NCBI GenBank assembly: GCA_964549075.1
Contig: CAZJUB010000035.1
Coordinates: 1-24,176 of the forward strand
Source of the DNA: an uncultured archaeon
GTDB lineage: Archaea > Asgardarchaeota > Heimdallarchaeia > Heimdallarchaeales > Heimdallarchaeaceae
Length of the DNA: 24,176 nt
Direction of reading: 5' to 3'
The translations under genes and the position numbers were made by a program. This document shows, in pieces, positions 17,139-24,176 of the stretch. Numbering within the stretch: position 1 is the first letter of the stretch; each line of letters begins with the position of its first letter. The notes under the pieces are model-generated. The model searched no databases, was not told the origin of the DNA, and saw nothing but the letters and a program-made list of their open reading frames with translations.

Positions 17139-17304
17139 TTTATATATCCAAGAGAAGTAGAGAATTTTTTATTTTTGTCGGTTTTAATAAGTTTTCAGAA
17201 AAATGATCAGGTAAACATGTATACCATCATCAATTCATGTATTACTTGAAGATGAAAAATCTTTGATTAAATGATTAGGTAAAATATGTGATTAAGATCT
17301 TTAC

Positions 17305-17505
17305 TTACACGTTATTAAATTGCTCCTGCTCCTTCAGAGTTAATTTCTTGCTTGTGCTACGCTCATAATCCTCTCGTTCGAGAAATTCTTCAAGCGCATC
17401 TCGTACTAATTCAGACCTCGAATCGTAATTCCCCATTGACATCATGTCATTCATCCATTTAATCATGCTATCAGTGACTTTGAAAGTAATCAATCTTCTC
17501 TTCAT
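17305..17505 (-). CDS. Ribbon-helix-helix (CopG/NikR/ParD-like) DNA-binding protein
   Basis: RLITFKV beta strand, helix, then G.YDSRSELVRDALEEFL, the classic RHH signature. Confidence 0.85.
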   Translation of the reverse strand: MKRRLITFKVTDSMIKWMNDMMSMGNYDSRSELVRDALEEFLEREDYERSTSKKLTLKEQEQFNNV

Positions 17506-17536
17506 TGGTTGACCAAGCTATCTACTGCAGACATCA

Positions 17537-17556
17537 CATATATATTTTTTGTCGGT
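17537..17556 (-). promoter_or_regulatory. Candidate BRE-TATA promoter of the RHH gene
   Basis: Minus strand ACCGACAAAAAA-TATATATG about 32-50 bp upstream of ATG 17505. Confidence 0.5.
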
Positions 17557-17730
17557 AGCTAACAAACGTAATACCCAGATGTTACGACTGTATCATGCAT
17601 TGCATAAAAATGACAAAAAGTCTAGTTGAATCAAGTTTTTTTTCATAAAAAACACATTAATTTTTTAGATGTTTTTCTTATCAATTTTATAGAAATTTTG
17701 TTTAACTTAAAGTCAAACAGTACTAACAAT

Positions 17731-17750
17731 AAAAAAATTAAAGAAAAAAG
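17731..17750 (-). terminator. Candidate oligo-T archaeal terminator after the HEAT-repeat gene
   Basis: Minus strand CTTTTTTCTTTAATTTTTTT starting 8 bp after the stop codon at 17758. Confidence 0.4.
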
Positions 17751-17757
17751 AGTTGAA

Positions 17758-18882
17758 TTATTCAGATTCAATACCAAATTCATCCAAATCTTTCATATCA
17801 TCCGCATCTTTCTTCCAAGTTGAGTATTTCTTCATGATGGATTCTAAATCATCAGAAATAGTTTTAGCTTCTTCTGCTTGTGTCTTAGGTCTCTTCAAAT
17901 CATCAAAGGATTTTACTTCTCTAATCTGTATAATTGGTTTGCCTTCTAGCTCTTCTTTTGCTTCTTTCTCTTCCTCAACTTTCTCAAGCCATATACGATA
18001 TCTATCTATGTCTTCAACTTCTTTTCTGTGGTCTTTTATCATACCGAATATCTCTGTTCTTATTGGTTTAGACGTATCCCAACACATTTGCCACATCAAA
18101 TCTGTTTGATATTGAGAGAATTTAGTTGACATTTTTCTTTCCATAAAACTAACAAATTTCCAGAACTTCTCTGCTAATATCTCAGCAATTTTCTTTTCAG
18201 CTGATACCTCATCAGACTCAATACTTAGAATAGTCTGGATACCTTCAAGTTGTTGATAGACATACTTCCTGATATAAGGCCATAAATTAGGATAGCGCAA
18301 CAATTCCTCTTTTTCTGAAAGTTGTTTACTCTCAGGAGTCTCCTCAACATGTTTCTTCTTCTTTTCTTGAATTGCTCTGAATAATGTTTCTACATCATTA
18401 TAACCATTGGTTCTTGCAATCATTTTCAATGCAGAATCAATTGAATATAGCAATGAAGCTGCGTGTTCTAACTTAGATTCTTCCATAAGATCTTCTACAG
18501 CAAGTTCAGAACCAATAGCTCCAAGAGAAAGTGCAGCTCTACTTTTTACTCCGACATTTGGATCTTTACGGAGAGAGACTAAAAGCGCTGAAATGGCTTG
18601 AGGGGAAGAGAACTTACCTAACGCTCTTGAAGCTGCTAATCTAATTTCAACTTCATTGTCCATTAAGCAATAGATTAGAGTCTCGATTGCCCTATGATCA
18701 GCAATATCTGATAATGCAATAATTGCATAGGTTCTATTTTCAATAGTATCTTGGTTTACAACTTTAATCAAAGGTTCCACAGCTCTTTCATCCCTCAATT
18801 CCCCTAAAGCTAATATCGCTTCTTCTCTTTTCTCCTTATCTTCATCGGAGAGCTGTTTGATTAGTTTGTTAATATTAACCAT
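17758..18882 (-). CDS. HEAT/PBS-lyase repeat protein with charged helical C-terminal domain
   Basis: About five N-terminal repeats of L.D....R..A..ALG.....A...L (e.g. LSDEDKEKREEAILALGELRDERAVEPLI, LMDNEVEIRLAASRALGKF); E/K-rich C-terminal half. Confidence 0.85.
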   Translation of the reverse strand: MVNINKLIKQLSDEDKEKREEAILALGELRDERAVEPLIKVVNQDTIENRTYAIIALSDIADHRAIETLIYCLMDNEVEIRLAASRALGKFSSPQAISALLVSLRKDPNVGVKSRAALSLGAIGSELAVEDLMEESKLEHAASLLYSIDSALKMIARTNGYNDVETLFRAIQEKKKKHVEETPESKQLSEKEELLRYPNLWPYIRKYVYQQLEGIQTILSIESDEVSAEKKIAEILAEKFWKFVSFMERKMSTKFSQYQTDLMWQMCWDTSKPIRTEIFGMIKDHRKEVEDIDRYRIWLEKVEEEKEAKEELEGKPIIQIREVKSFDDLKRPKTQAEEAKTISDDLESIMKKYSTWKKDADDMKDLDEFGIESE

Positions 18883-18961
18883 TACAAATAGACAAAATAC
18901 ACAAATTATTTAATTTTATTGTTTATAAAATGGTTAGATCTTACTTTTTTATAGAAATGAA

Positions 18962-19933
18962 CTATTGTTTAAGCAGTTTTCTACTAGGATAATCTTCCTT
19001 TGCTATCAATGTGACCGCTGAATCTTCTTTGTAGTCTATGATTTTTAGATCTGAATTTTCAATAATCTTTTCAGAGAATTGTATAATCTTTTCAAATCTA
19101 GGCATAATTTCATAAGGCAATCGTTTTCGTGAGTCTCCTACAGACATAAATCCTTTAACTTCTAAATAATCAGCTCCAGATTTCAAAAACAATTCTTTGA
19201 ATTTTTGAGGTTCATCCATATTATAACCAGGAACTAAAGTTAAGCGTATGACTTTTCTAGTTTTAAGTGTAGGAAGTAATTCTATGGTCTGCATGATTTT
19301 GTTCCATGCATTAGGATCACTTGGTCTAGCTGTTTTCTCAAATAATTCTTTTGTAGGTGCAATGAGTGTCATATACAACTGCGTTGGTAGGGGATTCAGA
19401 TTTTCAAGCACTTCTGGAGTTGTTCCATTAGTTACAAGAAAAGTTGTCATACTTCTAGAGTGAAATTCAGCGATCAATTCTGAGATTTTTGGATAAAATG
19501 TAGGTTCTCCACTTAATGAAATTGCAGCATGTTTTGGAGTGAGAGCTTCTATATACTTGTATTCAGGTACTTTTGGATGTTTATTATAACCTGCAATAAG
19601 TTTTTGTTGTTGTTTAATCATCTCATCAACAATAAAAGCAGGTTCATCCACTTGACAATCCATCATTTTCTTATTATACCAAGAAGCACTTCTCCAACAG
19701 AAAATACATTTAAGATTGCACCAAATAGTAGCGGGGGTACATTGCAAACATCTATGCGAATCTATCCCATAGAACTGACTCTTATAACAAACACCTTCTT
19801 CTTTAAGAGCGTGTTTTAACCAAGTGCAGGTCTTAACAGCGGAATGAGAACCAGCTATTCTATATTGTTGTTTCTCCAGTTTGAGTTTTACTTTCTCCGG
19901 AATAGTACATTGTTCCCTTTCCATAGGTATCAC
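18962..19933 (-). CDS. tyw1: 4-demethylwyosine synthase TYW1/Taw1 (radical SAM tRNA-Phe modification enzyme)
   Basis: QYRIAGSHSAVKTCTW, CYKSQFYGIDSHRCLQCTP (auxiliary-cluster Cys and Schiff-base Lys), radical SAM CNLKCIFC, HAAISLSGEPT, TFLVTNGT, PTQLY, EVKGFM.VG.SR.RL. Archaeal form without flavodoxin domain. Start could be ATG 19924. Confidence 0.96.
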   Translation of the reverse strand: MIPMEREQCTIPEKVKLKLEKQQYRIAGSHSAVKTCTWLKHALKEEGVCYKSQFYGIDSHRCLQCTPATIWCNLKCIFCWRSASWYNKKMMDCQVDEPAFIVDEMIKQQQKLIAGYNKHPKVPEYKYIEALTPKHAAISLSGEPTFYPKISELIAEFHSRSMTTFLVTNGTTPEVLENLNPLPTQLYMTLIAPTKELFEKTARPSDPNAWNKIMQTIELLPTLKTRKVIRLTLVPGYNMDEPQKFKELFLKSGADYLEVKGFMSVGDSRKRLPYEIMPRFEKIIQFSEKIIENSDLKIIDYKEDSAVTLIAKEDYPSRKLLKQ

Positions 19934-19973
19934 AGGAAGAAAAATGTTAGATAAAATTATTTAAGTTACTTGT

Positions 19974-20369
19974 TCATCTATCAACCAAAGAGTCTAGAGT
20001 TATTTCGTCTAAAAAGTCATGTCTACTTTTATCACTTAGCCAAGATTGCGCTTGGAAATCATTATCGAAAATTTGAATTTTATCTTTTAGCTCTTTGTTT
20101 TTTATTTTCTTCTTCTTCTTAAACAAGAAAGCCATATGTCTGATAATTTTACCTTTAGCTCCTAATTTCTCCGCAACTATGTTTGCTAACTCTTCTGATT
20201 CAGAACCTTCATATTCTGAAACATCAATTAAATAGAAAAGAGGTTTTTTTGCATTTTCAATTTGTTCCTTTATGCATCTATCTAATTCTTTTTCCATTTT
20301 ATCGTTATATGCTCCCTCAAAATTCATTCTAACAATCACTTGTGACAGATATCGTACATGAATTGTCAT
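19974..20369 (-). CDS. STAS/SEC14 (SpoIIAA-like) domain protein
   Basis: V.M.FEG, LFYLIDVS, RHMAFL and the C-terminal IF.....AQSWL signature of SpoIIAA-like proteins. Start moved to ATG 20369 because an AGGTGA SD and a TTTTAAAT box precede it. Confidence 0.62.
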   Translation of the reverse strand: MTIHVRYLSQVIVRMNFEGAYNDKMEKELDRCIKEQIENAKKPLFYLIDVSEYEGSESEELANIVAEKLGAKGKIIRHMAFLFKKKKKIKNKELKDKIQIFDNDFQAQSWLSDKSRHDFLDEITLDSLVDR

Positions 20370-20512
20370 TGTGTCACATTTCACCTTTTTTGACTGAGCT
20401 TTGTTAGAATATTTAAAAAACATTTGTTTTTCTACACATTTTGCATTACTTCTCATATAATAGGTTGAAGGAAAATTGATAAATAGCAGTGCTCTTTTGT
20501 GAGAACGATAAT

Positions 20513-21049
20513 ATGACCGAGGAAGAAACAGCTATAACAACCAATATAGAATCACAAGAGGAGAAAAGTTTTTTCAACAAAGAGAGACATCTCAGATTGC
20601 TCAAATTTGCAGTTGTAAGTTCTGTTGGATTAGGAATAGATTATCTTATAGTTTACCTAATGTTGTTGCTTCTCGATCATTACATCGAGCAAGACATTCT
20701 ATTTTCAATCTGGTTTTTAGACATCTCGAAAGTTTTGATAGCACAGGCTATTGCGATTGTTATCGTAATGGTGTATAATTATATAATCAACAAATTATGG
20801 ACCTTCAGAAAACAAGAGAAAGAAACTGAATTTAATACAGTTACACAGTTCATAAAATTCGCAATAGTTGGTGGTTCCGGAACAGTGATAAATTTAGGCT
20901 TAGTCTACCTCTTTTATGATTTAATAGGATGGAATGAATACTTGGCTGTGACAATTGGTTTTGTAGTCTCAGTTATAACAAATTTCATATTAAACGATAT
21001 CTGGACCTTTAATCCGAAATTTGGAAAGAGAGAAAAGGATGGAAAGTAG
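20513..21049 (+). CDS. GtrA family protein (putative lipid-linked sugar flippase)
   Basis: Duplicated half-units LLKFAVVSSVG..ID...NYIINKLWTF and FIKFAIVGGSGTVIN...NFILNDIWTF; 4 TM. ATG 20513 is preferred to GTG 20489. Confidence 0.88.
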   Translation: MTEEETAITTNIESQEEKSFFNKERHLRLLKFAVVSSVGLGIDYLIVYLMLLLLDHYIEQDILFSIWFLDISKVLIAQAIAIVIVMVYNYIINKLWTFRKQEKETEFNTVTQFIKFAIVGGSGTVINLGLVYLFYDLIGWNEYLAVTIGFVVSVITNFILNDIWTFNPKFGKREKDGK

Positions 21050-21412
21050 TTAAAGTTCGGACCCACAATTTGGACAATAGGTAGAATCTTTATCTAGTTT
21101 ATGGCCACAAGTTTCGCAGAATCTTACTTGATTATCTCTATCTTTAAGGTGGAGTATTCTTTGTTCACTTTTATAACGTTCTTGAATATCTTCGTGGTAG
21201 TTGTCTAACTTGTTAAAGAGGATCTTGTTTCGTGAAGCTAATCCTCTTCGAGCTAGAAACCACAATGAAACAGCTATCACTACAGCAATACTCGCTGTAA
21301 TAAAGAATACTTTTTGGTTATCAAAAAAAATGAAGTAGACTCCAATTAAAGCTATGATAAGAAGGAACCATGAGAAACTTCCAAAACGATAATGCTTTCG
21401 TTCTATTGTCAT
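21050..21412 (-). CDS. Two-TM membrane protein with C-terminal zinc ribbon
   Basis: Two hydrophobic helices at aa ~13-54 and FCETCG.......YCPNCG at the C-terminus. Its stop codon directly abuts the convergent GtrA stop. Confidence 0.8.
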   Translation of the reverse strand: MTIERKHYRFGSFSWFLLIIALIGVYFIFFDNQKVFFITASIAVVIAVSLWFLARRGLASRNKILFNKLDNYHEDIQERYKSEQRILHLKDRDNQVRFCETCGHKLDKDSTYCPNCGSEL

Positions 21413-21438
21413 AGCATTTCACTCTTTTACTCAAACTA

Positions 21439-23190
21439 TTATAAATTATTCGTGTCTGAATCAGGAGAAAGAAACTCAAACTCTAGAACCTTCAACTGTT
21501 GTAGATGAAACGGAAAAGGTTCAGGTAATGAAGACATTTTATTTCTCCAGTCTTTATTTTCTGTGAGCCAAGAATTTGTGTCAAGAGGATTGATTGGTGC
21601 ATCAAATCTGAGAGGTTTAGGAACGTTTTTACCATTTAAAACATCATCTATTTGCCCTCTGAATTTCTCATAATAATAAATCTCAGATTCATTCAGCAGG
21701 TTTAACATTTTTGCATCATTAAAATCGTCATCAGCTCGCATAAGATAAACCTCAGCTCGTGTTATATTTTCATTTAGTATTTGATACAGCGTCATCATGG
21801 TATAACTATAGATAGGCACTAAACGATTATTAAATAACATCAGATAGACTTCAGCTGATCTATCAAAATAATCTTTGGAATAAATTAAAAACTCTGAATT
21901 TCCTTCATCTGACCAGCGGAAGAGCCAATATCTTGCTAATAATAAAGATAATTCAGGATCTCCTTTATCTATTCCATGTGTTTTGATAATTTTCTCTAGT
22001 TTAGTTATGTCTCCTCCTAACTCATAGAGATATGCACCAAAAGCTATTCTTGCATAAATACCTATAAGATTAAATGAAATACCAAGTTCTTCTCTTTTCG
22101 ACCTATTAAGAAGTTCAGTAACAAAACCTTCTATCTCGCTAAGGATTTCTTCAACTTCGAATTTCATAGCAGATCTCCTAAGTTTAAGTTTCTCATCTTT
22201 CAAATCACCAACATATTTCGAATTCTTATATTGCGTAGTAATCAAATCATTAAGAATCTGATAAAATCGGGTTTCAAGTAATAGAGCTTTTTGTTGGATG
22301 AAGAATGATCTTATAGTATTTTCAAAGTCCTTATCTTTTACATAAGGTTGAATTTCAGCTAAAGCTCTGCTATCTTCAATATAAGCTAAATTGAGTAATT
22401 CAGTTACATTGTCATTAGTAAATCTTGCTGTTAGTTGATGTAATTGAGCTTTTAAAGAAAATAAGGAAGATTCAGAAGTTTTTATTCTAAGAAGCTCTAA
22501 CGGTACTTCTTCTAATTCCTTGAGATAATGGTGACCCAATTTTGCTTTTTCAATAGACTCGTCAAATAACTTACACCAGGCAAGCAGGTCATTTTTAGAG
22601 ATAACAGGTACAGTTACAAGAAAATTGTAGAGAGTAAGAACCAATAGTTGAGCATAATTGGTAGCAGATTTTATAATACTCTTTTTCTCAGTTTTTGTTA
22701 AATTAAGGTGTAAAACAGAATCTAGCTGCATATAATCAATTAAGAAGTTCAGATTTTGTTTCTCTTTAGAAAGTAATTGACTGATTTTTTCTTTAGAAGG
22801 AAGTTTTCTATATTCTATTGATCCATCAACAACAGCATACAAAGTATAGTATGGATTCAATCCCTTAAGTTTAGAAAATAAATCAATAAATGCTGATAAA
22901 GCAGGATAAAGCATGAATTGAGAATTGCAATTTTCTACAGCTTGCCACATTTCTTTAATGCTATAGACTAGAAAATCAAAATACTCTTTTTTATACACTC
23001 CTGAAAGCCTATATAAACGAGAAACAAAAGATTTGAAGTGAGCAATTTTAGCTATAAATAGCTCAATGTTTACAGCTCTTCCAGCGAGAGTGAGAACAAT
23101 CTCATCCACTTTACCACGTACAAAAGTAATCATTTGTTTTGGTTGGAGGCTTAAGAACACTTGTTGTTCTTCTTCGAACTCATCACTCAT
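21439..23190 (-). CDS. Hypothetical all-alpha protein, possibly a degenerate TPR/alpha-solenoid
   Basis: 583-aa ORF with amphipathic helical character and TPR-like segments near the C-terminus (LARYWLFRW..EGNSEFL..SKDYFDRSAEVY; NITRAEVYLMRA). No catalytic motif recognised. Confidence 0.6.
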   Translation of the reverse strand: MSDEFEEEQQVFLSLQPKQMITFVRGKVDEIVLTLAGRAVNIELFIAKIAHFKSFVSRLYRLSGVYKKEYFDFLVYSIKEMWQAVENCNSQFMLYPALSAFIDLFSKLKGLNPYYTLYAVVDGSIEYRKLPSKEKISQLLSKEKQNLNFLIDYMQLDSVLHLNLTKTEKKSIIKSATNYAQLLVLTLYNFLVTVPVISKNDLLAWCKLFDESIEKAKLGHHYLKELEEVPLELLRIKTSESSLFSLKAQLHQLTARFTNDNVTELLNLAYIEDSRALAEIQPYVKDKDFENTIRSFFIQQKALLLETRFYQILNDLITTQYKNSKYVGDLKDEKLKLRRSAMKFEVEEILSEIEGFVTELLNRSKREELGISFNLIGIYARIAFGAYLYELGGDITKLEKIIKTHGIDKGDPELSLLLARYWLFRWSDEGNSEFLIYSKDYFDRSAEVYLMLFNNRLVPIYSYTMMTLYQILNENITRAEVYLMRADDDFNDAKMLNLLNESEIYYYEKFRGQIDDVLNGKNVPKPLRFDAPINPLDTNSWLTENKDWRNKMSSLPEPFPFHLQQLKVLEFEFLSPDSDTNNL

Positions 23191-23248
23191 TAATATAGAT
23201 TAGATAAGGCGACTGATAAAGGTGATGTATTAGTACTTAAAGAAGAGA

Positions 23249-24049
23249 TTAAATTAATCCTAATTTTTCTAATTCTTTTTTAGTAGGATAACCTTTCTCA
23301 TCCAAACCTCGTTTCTGATAAAGCAACGATCGAGATTTAATGAAATCTTCTTCATCAATAAAAGCTGTCTTACCTTCTGCTCTGCCACTTGGTAAAGGTT
23401 CCTTCATGAATCGTTTTGGGAGATTATCAAAATCAATTGGATCTTTATCCCCAAATTCTCTGATATTAAACATCCTTTTCAATATCCACACTCTACGAGC
23501 AATAGAAGTTAGTTCTTCTTCTGTTACTTCTCTATTCCAAACAGCTGATACAATATTAATACAGTCTTCAAAATTTAATGCAGGCTTAATACTGTGAGTA
23601 AAGTGACAAATGGAAAGACAATCTTTTATGGTTTTAAGATCTTGCTCTTCTATCAAAGAGTCTAAGACTTCAGTAGCACTTTTATCGGGGATATCACTTG
23701 TTGCAGGCCATCCTCTCAAATGAGAAGCTCCTACTGCAGCTGTTGCATAACTTAAACCTAAGCCTAATTTAGCACGAGGATCCCAGGATGCAAAAGGCAG
23801 TTTTTTCACATGAATAGCTAAGTCTTCTATCTTCCAGTGTTCCGCTGCTTGTGCTACTCCTTCAGCTAGTATCTCACCTATATTCTTTCGGTAAGCAATC
23901 TCATATATAAGTTCTAGAAATTTATCCACATACCCGAATTCTATTTCATCGAACTCTGGACCTTCTACTAGAACTTATTCTTTAGAATCCATCAACATAG
24001 CAATAGCACATACTGATGATATGGTGTCTAAAAATAGCTGGTTACAAGT
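23249..24049 (-). pseudogene. 5'-truncated tungsten-dependent aldehyde:ferredoxin oxidoreductase (AOR family) with in-frame stop
   Basis: C-terminal AOR motifs (IAYRK.IGEILAEG, HVKKL....WDPR, GLSYATAAVGASHL, D.L.IC.F, R.FNIRE, D.LPKR...EPL..G, Y..RG.DE.G.P...LEKLGL). In-frame homology continues upstream of GTG 23929 as CNQLFLDTISSVCAIAMLMDSKE*VLVEGPEFDEIEFGY with TAA at 23977-23975. The N-terminal half is absent. Confidence 0.8.
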
Positions 24050-24070
24050 AATAAAAAAGATATTGTTTTT

Positions 24071-24175
24071 TTATAGGAATCTTACTTTAAATAAAATTAT
24101 TACCATTATAAACATTCCTAGTACTACTGCTACAATGATAATAAACCATGGTATTGGTTGCTGTTCTCCGTTTAT
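24071..24175 (-). CDS. 3' end of a C-terminally membrane-anchored protein (partial)
   Basis: Manual translation gives INGEQQPIPWFIIIVAVVLGMFIMVIILFKVRFL*, a TM helix with basic residues before the stop at 24073-24071. Confidence 0.65.
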   Translation of the reverse strand: MNGEQQPIPWFIIIVAVVLGMFIMVIILFKVRFL

Positions 24176-24176
24176 G

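Noticed and set aside
17191-17296. Possible box C/D sRNA (TGATGA and CTGA on the minus strand; degenerate boxes on the plus strand)
   Set aside because: A full C-D'-C'-D set with good spacing needs several degenerate boxes, and the guides are AT-rich with no target I can verify.
17626-19819. + strand ORFs 17626-17823, 17753-18109, 18407-18601, 19248-19463 and 19529-19819
   Set aside because: Low-complexity AT-rich or antisense to the HEAT and tyw1 genes; none resembles a toxin partner for the RHH protein.
23340-23597. + strand 85-aa ORF
   Set aside because: Antisense shadow of the AOR fragment.
23975-24073. Stop-codon read-through or recoding joining the upstream membrane protein to the AOR fragment (both TAA stops are in the same frame)
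   Set aside because: TAA is not a Sec or Pyl codon and is used as a normal stop throughout the window, frame coincidence has a 1-in-3 chance, and adjacent conserved glycines are also damaged.
1-24176. CRISPR arrays, tRNA/rRNA genes, transposases, integrases
   Set aside because: No regularly spaced repeat array, GC-rich structured RNA segment or mobile-element protein motif was seen by eye; intergenic gaps are short and AT-rich.

Overview
AT-rich, gene-dense archaeal chromosomal segment, most consistent with an Asgard archaeon (probably Heimdallarchaeia). The lineage is inferred from an archaeal-type standalone TYW1, BRE/TATA-like boxes about 25 bp upstream of many start codons, and several longin-fold proteins. 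The left part holds glycosylation genes (GT4, an LpxD-like hexapeptide acyltransferase, a GT-C/GT87-like membrane glycosyltransferase), an RlmF/METTL16-like methyltransferase, an MFS transporter fused to a DUF47/PhoU-like domain, and a membrane-anchored metzincin. The centre holds three tandem paralogous ~680-aa TPR proteins, each ending in a longin-like domain. A divergent orphan N6-adenine DNA methyltransferase, a standalone uDENN/NPR2-like longin, an RHH regulator and a HEAT-repeat protein follow. The right part holds TYW1, a SpoIIAA-like protein, GtrA, a membrane zinc-ribbon protein, a helical hypothetical protein and a 5'-truncated aldehyde:ferredoxin oxidoreductase whose 5' remnant shows clustered apparent G>T lesions. 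The best candidates for an undescribed system are the TPR-longin triplet with the nearby uDENN-like longin, and the MFS-DUF47 fusion. No rRNA, tRNA, CRISPR array or transposase was seen. All family calls come from visual motif recognition; no searches were run.
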